A stretch of DNA of 64,000 nt from Zygnema circumcarinatum SAG 698-1b (GCA_037447605.1 CM074809.1:3214689-3278688); one strand, 5' to 3'; positions 1 to 11,409 are shown, counted from the first letter of the stretch. Translations and numbers: made by a program. Notes: generated from the sequence alone by a model not told the origin.

Positions 1-189
1 CAATGGAAAAATGCCCTTTGTACTTCATCTTATCCAGCTCATAAGACATAGACAATGTAATTCCTAACATCCAACTTTTAAGAGTTGGGCTCTCCCTAGC
101 CATACTTTTTTGTCTTTTTTTGTAAAAGGGACGGAATGAAGGAATCATCTGCTACGCTGGAACCTCAATGCGCGCCTTTCCCTTCAGGT

Positions 190-700
190 TGTTAACTTCC
201 CTGTTTGACTTCGGTTGGTTGACTGACTCGTTGACCGTCACGAACTAATGAATTTGGGCAGGCTGACCAATGGCCCGCAACCCATTGGAATGGTTGGCAA
301 CCAATCTTTGTAACCGTGGGCAATGATTGGTGTGGGTTCGACGCCAATGTTGGAATCATTGCAAGCGTTGGTAACCACTGAATACAATGTTGAGCCCGAG
401 ACCAATTGTCGCAATCATTGATTTCAATAGTTGGCAACCATTGGCAATGATTGACGGGTCCGCCGATCAATGGTTACCAACCAGGATGCGTCCTATGGCT
501 GCCAACCATTGGCAATGGTTGGAAACAATAGCGAAATTGGGCAAATATGCGAAAGCAACAATTGCCGACAGAGAGGCTTGAACCAAACACGACCATTCAA
601 CATGAAGGTCGTACCTAGCCATAGCACCGCCAATACTCCCTCTAGTTCAAGCTGACCAAATATCAACCAATGGCTGAACCATTTCAATGGTTGTCAGCTC
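190..700. repeat. Degenerate short repeat array of (GC)AACCATTGGCAATGGTTGG-like, partly palindromic units
   Basis: Recurrent CCATTGG/CAATGG/TTGGCAACC units, e.g. ggcaaccattggcaatgattg (~433-453) and gccaaccattggcaatggttgg (~501-522). No convincing ORF. Confidence 0.55.
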
Positions 701-815
701 CATGAGCCAGTGTTGCCAAGTAAATCCAATGGTCAACCATTCCAAAAAGTTGACCGAATGGTTTCACCTGTGCCGTGTCAGTACTACTGAACTGAGCCGC
801 GATCGAACGCAGTGC

Positions 816-880
816 ATCATGATCATCATCGTCGTCATCATCATCATCATTAGCGTCATCATCATCATCATCATCACCAT
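816..880 (+). repeat. (CAT)n imperfect microsatellite
   Basis: catcatgatcatcatcgtcgtcatcatcatcatcattagcgtcatcatcatcatcatcatcaccat. Confidence 0.85.
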
Positions 881-1437
881 GTGCATGCACTCCGTGTTGT
901 TCATGTGCATGCGCGTGCTGCCGCCAGTCGGGCAGCAAGCGCATGCACATCTCTTTCAAGCTTCCCCGCGCCCGTAGACGCGGCGCCCGGAAAAACGGTA
1001 ACAGATCGGGCCAATCCCGCGCCGCCTCCCTCCCTCCCCCCCTCCCTCCCGCGAGTCCGGCGCCGCGTCCCGTCCGAGGGCGGTACGCGCCAGCCGGCAC
1101 CGCCCGCGCCAAAAGGCCGCCGGCGTCATCTCGTACGGCTTCGCCACGTGGCACATTCGGTGCACAGTCCTCCTGAGCGCCTAATTATTGAGGTTGTCGG
1201 CGGGCGTTACTGCCCCGGCCCAGCTGGGCACGTGGCCGTCCTTAAATTTGCCCGCCGGATTCGCCCGCCCGCCAGCCGCACAAGATTATGGCGTCCGGTT
1301 GACTTCCGCGCGTGAAACGCGGAGCTCACATCGCCAGATTGGGCGGGCCATCGCAGCCGTCGATTCTTGCCACGCTGGAGGCCTGCGTGGTGACGGCATG
1401 TCGGTGAACCAATCAGCGCTCGAAGCTAGGAACGGCC

Positions 1438-1662
1438 TTGTACGGATCTGAGGGCCTAGGACAAATTGTTGTTTGTCGGGGCCTGTTCTGTCGGGGCCCT
1501 CGCTGATGAGTGCGATTGGTTGTACGGTTCGTACAACTTAGCGAGACAATATTGGCTGCTTTCTGGCGATATTTGTCGCTTTTGGTTCCGGACGTTGTAC
1601 GAAAGGGCGCTGGCATGCCACGCGGCAGATTTTGACGCGCCGTCTCGCGCCACCTTGTACGG
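1438..1662. promoter_or_regulatory. Cluster of five CGTACAA (SBP/SPL-box, GTAC-core) motifs upstream of pseudo-PPase 1
   Basis: TTGTACG at 1438, 1520, 1595 and 1655, TTCGTACAA at 1528, plus CCGTACAG at 1990. TNCGTACAA/CGTAC is the established SBP-domain binding consensus. Confidence 0.55.
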
Positions 1663-2345
1663 TCTGGTCTTGCAGAAATTACACCGACAAAAATGGCCCC
1701 GGGCGTGCGCTCAACAGTCCAACAAAGCCGGGAGGGCCGGAAAGATCCCTGCCAAAGGGGAGCCCTCGGGCAGTAACAAAACGTTTTCTTCAATACGTAT
1801 TACTCGGGCAAGGTTGTTAGTTACTGTACTGCTCTACAACATTCGCCCAAAAAGCACTTTTTTAGTCCTGCCCAACGTTTTGACGTAGGCGTCAGCCCCT
1901 TTTTTCTGCCCGCCGGGTCTCCAGAAAAAACGTTTCTTGTCCCGCCCAATTCAGGCGCCGCCAGCGCACGCCCGCCTGTCCTGCCGTCTCCGTACAGAGG
2001 GGCCGCCGGCCGGCACCGCTCTCCCGCCGGCCGGCAGGTTTTGGAAGGTGCCTCCCTCCCTGTGCAGGCCCTGCCGCCTTGAAGCTTGGAAGACCCTCCA
2101 TACAGTGCCGGCCTGCTGCCTGCAAGCAGGGAGGGAGGGAGGGTCAGCTCTTGCTTGCAGCACAGCAGCCCTGCAAGCAGGAAATGAAGCAAGAAGAAAA
2201 CAGATTTCGCACTTCTGATGCAAAGAATCACCGCTCGTGTTAGGCAGGAGGAGGAGGAGTAGCGTCTGGAATAAGTAGAGGAGAGGCTCATTAATCTGGA
2301 GCAAAGAGAGCAGAGAGTCGCCTATGGTTTGTGTAAGGAGCCGCC

Positions 2346-5300
2346 ATGGCGCCTGATTGCAGGGCGGGTTCTTACGTCTTTTCGGAAATGACGAATTCAG
2401 TGCTGGACGAATCCTTCGCCGCATGCTCCATCGCAGCCGCAGATAAAGCAGCGCAGACCTTGCGCCTGCATGCGCATGCGGCTGCAGAACCAGCAGCTCT
2501 CCGAGTGGTAGAGCTTGCAGAATCAGGGACTCTGCAACACCGGGTGATGTATGTGGACCGGGACGGGAGTGCAGCCTCTCCTTACCACGACCTGCCCCTG
2601 CATGCAGGCCACGGCTTGCTGAACTTTGTCTGCCTCACACCGCAAGGGCGCTGGGCAGAGTACGAAGCAGCAGAGAACGAGCCCTTCACTCCGCTGCGCA
2701 TTCGGCAGAGGAGGGGAAGGCCGTCGCATTACTCAGAAGATTGCTTGTCGTGGAATTTCGGCTTCTTGCCGCAGACATGCGGACAGCTGGAGCCGGGGAG
2801 GGAGGGAGGGGCGGAGGAGGGAGGAGGAGGGAGGGGGCAGGGAAAGTGGAGGGGACCGGTGGAAGTGGCAGAGCTTGGAACGAGGAGGGTGAGAACAGGG
2901 GAGGTCTATCCTGTGAGACCGCTCGGAGCGCTCTGCGTTGTTGATGGGAAAGGAAATCACTCGTGGAAGATTCTCGCACTGGCCGTGCAAGAAGAGGGGA
3001 TAGAGTACTGCACCATGTTGGAAGATCTGCTGACAGGGCTCTCAGGCACATTGCACGAACTGCAAGAATGGTTAAAAAGGTGTCATGTGGATATTGAAGC
3101 AGGTATGGGTCTGAATTCTCTATTCTCTATTCGTGCTGATTCTCTTTCTGGACGAGCATGTTCCGCTTTTTGCCATGCTGGATACGGATCTACGAGATGA
3201 ACCGGCATGGTACTGCAAGGAGAAACCCAGTAGATGACTCTTTTCCGCGGCCAAGCTTTTCGAATCTTCATTTCTTCTTTCATCGACGGTTCAATCGGCA
3301 GTTTCATCATACCTCATCCTAATGGATAGTGTGGATGTCCAACAATTGTTCTGCATGCTTCCTGTTATGCCAGTCTTGGTCTTCTTCCTGCGCCGAACTG
3401 TTCATTGCAGAAGTAAAGAAGTGTTTCCTTTTCAAGTTATCTCGGCAAAGGCCTTGATGCATTACTGTATTTGTTGAGTGCCAGATAGTAACAGACGGAA
3501 GAAGGTGGAAACAGAACAAAAAGGGATACTATCAGCTAGAAATAGCGTCCTCGGTGAAGACTGTTTAAGGAAGATGATCAGTTTGGTTTGAACTCGATAA
3601 TTTCTCCCATTAGTCCTCTCTCGTTGTCTGGAAGCTAGCAATAGTCGTACTCCTTCCAAGTGTTCAGTTTGGGTGATTCTGTTGTTAGTCACTGGGACTG
3701 CTGCCACCATATGGCTTGTCGTGGCTGGTTTCAGTTCTTTGTCCTTTTTGTTGTGAAGTGCTTGGCATGCTCTCCTCTTTCCCTCTCTCCCACGTTTCTT
3801 CTTCTCTTCTCCCCCTCCCTCTTTCTCCCTTCCACAACAATCCTCCTATCCCGTTTAATCCGTTGCGTTCTTTGTTTTATTTTCGTTCTTGCTCCAGTCC
3901 CAGTCCTTCTCGGCCCTTCCAGGTCCTCTTCCCCTCCCCACACGACGCTTCACTTCTCTCTCTTCGTCTTTCTTTCGGCTTCCTCGCACTGTTCCTCTCC
4001 CCTCCCTCAGTATCGTACTTGCTTTGTCTTCATCCTTGTCCCGTTCTTTTGTTCTGTATGTAACAGAGTTACCATCATGTGCAATCAGCCAAACACTGCT
4101 TGAAAGTGCCTTCACATGTTTCGTGTCTGTATCTTGGCATGTCGCACTTTTTACTATTTTGGCATTCTTGGTTTTGAAGACCTTCACGGCGAACTAGTAT
4201 CGCTCTTTTCTTGCTTGTTGAGATCGTGAATTGAAAAAGCTAGGGAGATGTGCTTGCTGAATCCCGCAACCCTCCTTCCCCCAAAACTCTGAGGAGAAAC
4301 TCTCCAGCACTTGATCTTTCACACTTATCGGCTTGTTGTCGGACTAAGTCTGTCTGAGTATGAGCTCGTGTTTCTGGCACGATGGATACGCTTTTTCAGG
4401 CTGCTTCTTTCTGAATTAGAGTACAGTACTTCCTGTCCTTCTCCTACGATTAGCAGGAATTTTCACATGTGTACTATTCCAAAAAGAATATAGTCTTCAA
4501 CGTGTCCCTTGAGATGGTGTACTCTTGTGCATTTCCTCGTCTATTTTGGATTGTTGTTGCCATGAAAACATAGTGCAAGGGAGACTTACATACACGAAGG
4601 GGTGTCTGAAAACTGCAAGAATCTGCTAAACTGAGCTTTGGTGACTTGCAGGTGACCTCGAGAATCGGATGCGCGACCGGCAGCCCGTGGGACCTGAAAT
4701 GGCCAACCACGTGGTAGACGAGGCACATGCAATATGGCGACAGTGTGTGGACATTAGAGACCTTAGAGCAACATGGAAACGCCAAGTTGGCAGGGCTCAA
4801 AGTACAGCTGATTTTGAAAAACTGTGGGAGAATTACACTGCGGATGCAAGTCGGGTCCGCATTAGTCTGAGTGCTTCCGACAATACTTCACTCGTTCATT
4901 TGGACAGAGCGTGGGCAGATTCCGCTCACGAGGATGTGTGGGAGGCTTCTTGGAGCTCGTCATCAAACGGGAGTCTGGACTGGAAGAAAGATGAGAAAGA
5001 AGCTATGGGCAAAGAATCATCCAAATCTTCCGGATCTCGGACCTCAATGAAAATGGCTCAGATTTGGAAGTTGGTGGTGAATGCGATTAGGCCCACGCAT
5101 ACTGAGACTGCTCAGTTCCGGAATGCAACTGCGTCTCCGTCCTCCATGGAGACAACAGTTGCGAGAATGGGCAGCACAGGGAAAGTCATCACTCGCAGGA
5201 GGTCTCTACCGCCAACCGGAATGGAGGAGTCAGATTCACCCGTGCCTGAAGGTTTAAAGAGCGGCATACGCAATGCCGGCTACTCTCTGTCCAGTTCCTT

Positions 5301-6132
5301 TTCAAGCTCTAGTAAGAACTCAGGACTCGCCTCTGCAGACGCATTTCCAAGCCCTACCCACCACCGAATGTTGGGAAAGAGCAGCCTTACAGGGAGTCCA
5401 AAGTCGGGTCCTTTGGAGGCCACCTTCGACATGTCAGAGAGGGAGAAAGGGGTCAACAATGTGAGAAGAGTAGCGAGACTCCGTAGAGCATCCTCTCTCA
5501 CTGCATCATTCTTGGAGGCTTCTCTCAGACAAGTAGGGTCTAGCCCATTGCACACTTCCCGAGGTGCAGCACTTGGTCCTGAACCCTTGAGTCAGCCAAT
5601 CTTCACACTTAGCAACAGTGCAGGGGAGCTGGCTCAGCCTTCTGGACTTCGTTCCTGCGTGTCTGCACCGGCCGAAGGTTACCAAGAGCCCGTTTTGGAG
5701 ACTCGACTTCTGAGAGCCTATCGCTCTCATTCTCACAAAAGTCTTCAGACTCATAGGGCAGCCCTCCATGCCAGCATCGACTTCCGGGATATTTCTTCTA
5801 AACCTTTGCCGACATCGAATTCTCGAGACCTTCAAGCTGCCCTGTGTGAAGGAGCCTCTCAGCAGTCGAAGCCAAAACCAGGATCTGCAGATGGTCAGAA
5901 GTCTTCCAGCAGTAAGGGAGGAGCAGAATCTCACCTCACAAGTAGTCCCATGGAAGGGACTTCGGTGGCTCGACGAAGTCACAAGAGAGGAGGTGGCAAG
6001 GTCGTCACTGCGGAAAAATCCCCCCGCTCCCTGTCAGCTAAGGTTACCCTAACTAAGGGGCTCGCTGAGAGACTAAGAGAACAGTCACAAGGGAGCCCTG
6101 AAGCAGTGAGTCTGCCAACCCTACCGCTGTAA
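2346..6132 (+). CDS. Pseudo-pyrophosphatase 1: family I soluble PPase (plastid PPa6/eukaryote-type) fold lacking catalytic residues, plus ~450-aa Ser/Arg-rich tail; exons 2346-3102 and 4652-6132 (~745 aa)
   Basis: SPYHDLPL, FVCLTP, EPFTPL, WNFGFLPQT, GEVYPVRPLGAL and SWKILAL align to PPa6-type PPases. Donor AG|GTATGG at 3103 and acceptor TTGCAG| at 4651 give a phase-1 in-frame join. Exon 2 supplies the last PPase helix (DRQPVGPEMANHVVDEAHAIW). Confidence 0.85.
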
Positions 6133-7645
6133 CTGAAGACTGAGTGGGGGACACGTAGAAGTAGTTTCGAAGTATGCTTCATTCTCTAATGAAAAAGTGT
6201 ATTGGTCAGTTACCAGTTCCTTGGGCAACAGAGTGAAGGGTCCCAGGAGGAACGATGGGATAGGGACCGGGCGTTGCTTTTCTGCGGCGGTGTATCCTTA
6301 AAGAAATTATTTGTTCAAGGGCACGACTTGGTAGAAGGTTCCCGGCATCTTCCCAGGCGTTTGGAGTATATACAGCACTTAGAAAAAGTTTGGGGCTCGT
6401 ATTTTCGAACTTCTACGAAAGCAAGCAAGTTATGTCTTTGTCAACGGAAGGTGGTTTGCTGACACACGCTCCCCACAGGGAACACTCTCTTGGAGCCGGT
6501 TCCATGCCTTTGGAAGTCCTGGCTCTTTGACGAGCGGAGATAAGCACTTCACTTTTTTTAGTGACTGGCCAATGCTTGTTATGAAGTCGGCCGAGCTTCA
6601 GTCAGGAGAGAATGGACGAGTGTCTTTGGTCGTTTTTTTGGCTATATCTAGGGCTTTTCCAGTCAGGCCGTTGGCTTTTCTTGTGCCTGATAGAGCTCCT
6701 TGGAGCATGCTGCGAGGCTGCAGACGCTCGCCTATGCCCAACAATTTTCTTGCTCTTGCTATGCTTCCGAGGTTTCGTACGTTACCTCATGACTACTTAT
6801 ATTGGTGTTGTACCTACTACCGTCTATAAGGATAGCTATGCTTTGGTTCCCCCTTGTAACTAGTTCACCTTTGTCAACTAAAACCCACACACGTCTGATG
6901 TGGTGCACGGCTTGGTTTTATTGTGTTGTTACTGGCCATGACATTACATGACGTGAAAATTGGCGCAAGGTGGGAGTTGGGGGATTTAACACGCAATGGA
7001 ATGCTCAGCACACATCGGATGCATCGGGAGCAGCCGCAGCCATTGAGAAAGCTGAAGACCCATNNNNNNNNNNTCAGGATTTACTGCGCATCAGACAGCC
7101 AGGAACGCTCATATCTGAAGCGGAAGTCAACCAGGTCTGGCATGCACAGACCCTGTGAATCTTATTTTGAAAGCACAAGGTGCAGATTTGTAAAGAACAA
7201 ACAGAGGTCGACTCTTACTCACACCAAAACAGCCATGACTCAGTTCAGAACAAATAATGCTTAATGAAGTCAGGTTCCACGTATGATCTTATCTTCGAAT
7301 CCTTTAAGAAACGCAATTGCAGTCCCATAGATGCAAAGCAGGTCTACGTTACAGTTGAGAGTGCTACAGCAAACACCAAGCTGGCCTACAGTTGAGCAGG
7401 TATTTTGTAAACATGAGATGCTGGTGGGCGTAACCCAGGATGCTCTAGCCATAGTGGTTGAGCGATATTCAGCCGTACTGCCGCGACGAGGTTCTTCGTA
7501 GTAGTGTGAGTTGACTTCGAAAAAGTAGACAGATGCTAGCATATAGTGCAAGCCAAGTATGAACCAAACGACAGTCATCAATCGCCATTCACTGCATAAC
7601 CTCTGAAGTAGGGATCAAATCTTATTTACAGATCCCACACAAACA

Positions 7646-8404
7646 TCATCCCTCCTCCGCCCTTACCTGGACCTCTCCGGCGCATGGCGAGCCACCTGGA
7701 AACGAGTGCATTTGCAGAACTGAATCCATAGAGACTGTCCTCTCTGTTTTGCTCCCAGTACGTGACTCGCTCTCTTCCAGGTGCATCAGGTCCTGCTCCG
7801 GGGGTGGAGAGGAAGGGCAAGCAGGATTCCGCCGTGGCTGTTTGCTTGCTCCTCCTGCAGACTCCGCGGCGGTACCAACATACAAAAGCTCGTTCGGGCC
7901 TACACGAACATAGCCGGGAGGCAGGCTCTCGTTGCTACTGCACGGCATAGTGCCATTACTGTAGTCATACATCGCTCCAAGCGCCATCATTTGCTCAAAT
8001 CTCATAGCTGCATGCAAAGGTAGGACGCCCTGCTGAGCGCCATAGAACGCCTGCATGTGGATCTGCATCGCAGCCGCAAAGTGATCCATGTAGCTCCATC
8101 CCTCCATCACTTCCAAGTACTGCAAGCCCTAATCTTCCCGCTTCCAAACTCCGTCTGACTGCCGATTCGATTAAGCAAGCAGTCGACCCGACAATATCTC
8201 TCACCGCCTTTCTCCCCTGAAAATCACCCCCCCCACCCCCTCCTTCCCACCACGTCTTCAAAAATAATGCAAGGGACCCTTGTGCTTTTTCTTCCCTTGA
8301 AAGAAGAACCTGAGCAAACGTGCTCCTGGTGCAAGCGCTGGGCTCCAATCCTCTGACTCGGTTTCGGAATCAACGATTTGTTCAGAAATCCGCTTGAATT
8401 CCAT
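7646..8404 (-). CDS. Hypothetical protein fragment(s) in the duplicated unit (MEFKRISEQIVDSETESEDW... and the 159-codon ORF 7646-8125)
   Basis: Protein-like, non-repetitive ORF (AMYDYSNGTMPCSSNESLPPGYVRVGPNELLYVGT) and an upstream ATG exon. Splicing is unresolved and no family was recognised. Confidence 0.3.
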
Positions 8405-9929
8405 GGCGTCTGGTGCAGGGCAGTGCATTGCAGCAGCAGAACCCTAAATCATTGAAGCAGCCATGGCTGAAATGCGAAAGAAACCCCCAAGCGCCTTCCC
8501 TCCCTCTCAAAAGGGAGCGACTGTCTGAGACGGCGTGGCTTGCAGTCGAGCGGAACGGAACCTCTGCGAAGGCACCGTTCCGCGGGACGGTAAGTTTCGC
8601 TTTCCAGCCCTGTCAGTCTGGCGATCGTGCGCTCCTCGAAGGCCGAAACGGCGAATCGTGGGCGGCAAATGGCCGCCCGTTCCGCGGAACGTTTCGTGTC
8701 CCGCGGAACGGCCGTTTCACCGTCTGGGTAGATCTGGGAGGGCTCTGATTGNNNNNNNNNNAGTGACTGGCCAATGCTTGTTATGAAGTCGGCCGAGCTT
8801 CAGTCAGGAGAGAATGGACGAGTGTCTTTGGTCGTTTTTTTGGCTATATCTAGGGCTTTTCCAGTCAGGCCGTTGGCTTTTCTTGTGCCTGATAGAGCTC
8901 CTTGGAGCATGCTGCGAGGCTGCAGACGCTCGCCTATGCCCAACAATTTTCTTGCTCTTGCTATGCTTCCGAGGTTTCGTACGTTACCTCATGACTACTT
9001 ATATTGGTGTTGTACCTACTACCGTCTATAAGGATAGCTATGCTTTGGTTCCCCCTTGTAACTAGTTCACCTTTGTCAACTAAAACCCACACACGTCTGA
9101 TGTGGTGCACGGCTTGGTTTTATTGTGTTGTTACTGGCCATGACATTACATGACGTGAAAATTGGCGCAAGGTGGGAGTTGGGGGATTTAACACGCAATG
9201 GAATGCTCAGCACACATCGGATGCATCGGGAGCAGCCGCAGCCATTGAGAAAGCTGAAGACCCATATATTAAAGTGACAGGAGACTCAGTAATAAGGAAG
9301 CACCCACAATACAGCCAAGCCCTCACTCCCACTCTCTGCTGCGCTTCCCTCCCGGGACTGCAATGCCGAGCTCATCATCCGAAGATGACATGATATGCTC
9401 CACGTGGCTCCCTGAAAAGCCTCCAAATTCCACCACCCACTCGCGAAGCTGCCCCGCCAGCTCCTCTGGCGTTCCACGTGGCAGTCCCCGGCTGAAGACG
9501 GGCGTCGGCACAAAGTTTGGGGTTGGGATCATCTTTGATGTCACTCCACTCTGCCAAAACGACAGAACGCACAGAATATGTTACAAATTGGGTTATCAAG
9601 CTGTCATGCAACGTCAGGATTTACTGCGCATCAGACAGCCAGGAACGCTCATATCTGAAGCGGAAGTCAACCAGGTCTGGCATGCACAGACCCTGTGAAT
9701 CTTATTTTGAAAGCACAAGGTGCAGATTTGTAAAGAACAAACAGAGGTCGACTCTTACTCACACCAAAACAGCCATGACTCAGTTCAGAACAAATAATGC
9801 TTAATGAAGTCAGGTTCCACGTATGATCTTATCTTCGAATCCTTTAAGAAACGCAATTGCAGTCCCATAGATGCAAAGCAGGTCTACGTTACAGTTGAGA
9901 GTGCTACAGCAAACACCAAGCTGGCCTAC

Positions 9930-10566
9930 AGTTGAACAGGGTTTTTGTCAACATGAGATGCTGGTGGGCGTAACCCAGGATGCTCTAGCCAAAGTGGTTG
10001 AGCGATCTTCAGCCGTACTGCCGCTAAGTGGTTCTTCGTTGTAGTGTGAGTTGAACCTAACCACTTTGAACAAGCAACATAGAGCATATCTCCTAGCATT
10101 GCGTTGAAACTGAGCGTTCATGCCAGAATAATTAGGGAGACCACGATACTAGTTCACTCGAAATCGTAAGCATTGGAAATGCAATCTGTAAGTGCAGTTA
10201 TTTGGTGGGTGGAACCGGTGAACCATGAAACTCCTTTGTGGAAAGTCATGGGACAGAGGGCTTGTAGTACCTGCTTGCCTGAAAGGGTACGTGTAAACAA
10301 AAAGCAACGCTGGTTACTTCTGCCAGCATAAGGAAAGGAGCCTAAATCGTCGGCGCTCTGCGCTCGTCGCACACTCAAATAGAATAAGTTATATAGAGGG
10401 CGACCATAGGGTGACGAAGTCACAGGCGACCGAAGGGCCGTCAGGCAAGCTACCGAAGGTAGCGCAGAGCGCAGAGCAAGAGCTCGCTCGCGCGGCGCTC
10501 ACTGCGTTCGCTTGTTTCACCGTGACCGAAGGGAACAAGCAACCGTAGGGTAAAACCGAGCGAGCT
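9930..10566 (+). mobile_element. Organellar-type group IIA intron fragment (3' part of domain I, DII, J2/3, DIII, start of DIV); NUMT/NUPT or assembly chimera
   Basis: DII stem CCATGA(10223-28)/TCATGG(10246-51) is followed by GACAGAGGGCTTGTAGTAC, resembling the IIA J2/3-DIII motif. DIII helices: GTACC/GGTAC, GCTGG/CCAGC and closing GGCT/AGCC (~10342). Long-range pairs: GATGCTCTA/TAGAGCAT and CAAAGTGGTT/AACCACTTTG. Downstream small hairpins (GCTACCGAAGGTAGC) are typical of organellar DNA. Confidence 0.55.
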
Positions 10567-11409
10567 NNNNNNNNNNTTTCTTCCCTTGAAAGAAGAACCT
10601 GAGCAAACGTGCTCCTGGTGCAAGCGCTGGGCTCCAATCCTCTGACTCGGTTTCGGAATCAACGATTTGTTCAGAAATCCGCTTGAATTCCATGGCGTCT
10701 GGTGCAGGGCAGTGCATTGCAGCAGCAGAACCCTAAATCATTGAAGCAGCCATGGCTGAAATGCGAAAGAAACCCCCAAGCGCCTTCCCTCCCTCTCAAA
10801 AGGGAGCGACTGTCTGAGACGGCGTGGCTTGCAGTCGAGCGGAACGGAACCTCTGCGAAGGCACCGTTCCGCGGGACGGTAAGTTTCGCTTTCCAGCCCT
10901 GTCAGTCTGGCGATCGTGCGCTCCTCGAAGGCCGAAACGGCGAATCGTGGGCGGCAAATGGCCGCCCGTTCCGCGGAACGTTTCGTGTCCCGCGGAACGG
11001 CCGTTTCACCGTCTGGGTAGATCTGGGAGGGCTCTGATTGGTCCAAACTTGTAAACTTAACGACGCGGCGCCGTCCATACAAAACGACGATTCAAAAGAG
11101 AATTAGTACTAAAAAAAGGGGTTTCCAGCACAATTTCGAGTTTAAAGATACGCCTTCTTAGTTTTAAGGTGTCCCGGACCCTTCCGGTGCATTGCATCGG
11201 GACGACAGGTACACCGAAAGGGCTCGTCCTGCCGCATGGCGACAAAAGCTGCGTACACGTGGTAGGTAGTGATTGGTGCTGGGTATATGATGGGTTTCGT
11301 ATTGTTCTCNNNNNNNNNNNNNNNNNNNNNNNNNNNNNNNNNNNNNNNNNNNNNNNNNNNNNNNNNNNNNNNNNNNNNNNNNNNNNNNNNNNNNNNNNNN
11401 NNNNNNNNN

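Larger units (their letters stand above)
6560..11040. repeat. Tandem duplicated unit interrupted by N gaps (6560-7062=8762-9264; 7074-7514~9614-10054; 8288-8751=10577-11040)
   Basis: Direct sequence identity with offsets 2202, 2540 and 2289. Most block boundaries fall at 10-N gaps. The middle parts differ (7515-8287 vs 10055-10566). Confidence 0.9.

Noticed and set aside
2346-3200. Calling the ORF an active inorganic pyrophosphatase or a single-exon gene
   Set aside because: Most catalytic Asp/Lys/Arg/Tyr residues are absent, and the ORF end runs into an intron (donor at 3103).
3200-4620. Possible nested gene or TE in the pseudo-PPase 1 intron (ORFs 3660-4103, 3855-4187)
   Set aside because: Low-complexity CT-rich translations, with no transposase, RT motifs or terminal repeats recognised.
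11250-11310. EQYETHHI as the missing GCN2 C-terminal EQYEYA.EHDI segment
   Set aside because: Only a four-residue match followed by unrelated sequence; cannot be distinguished from chance.
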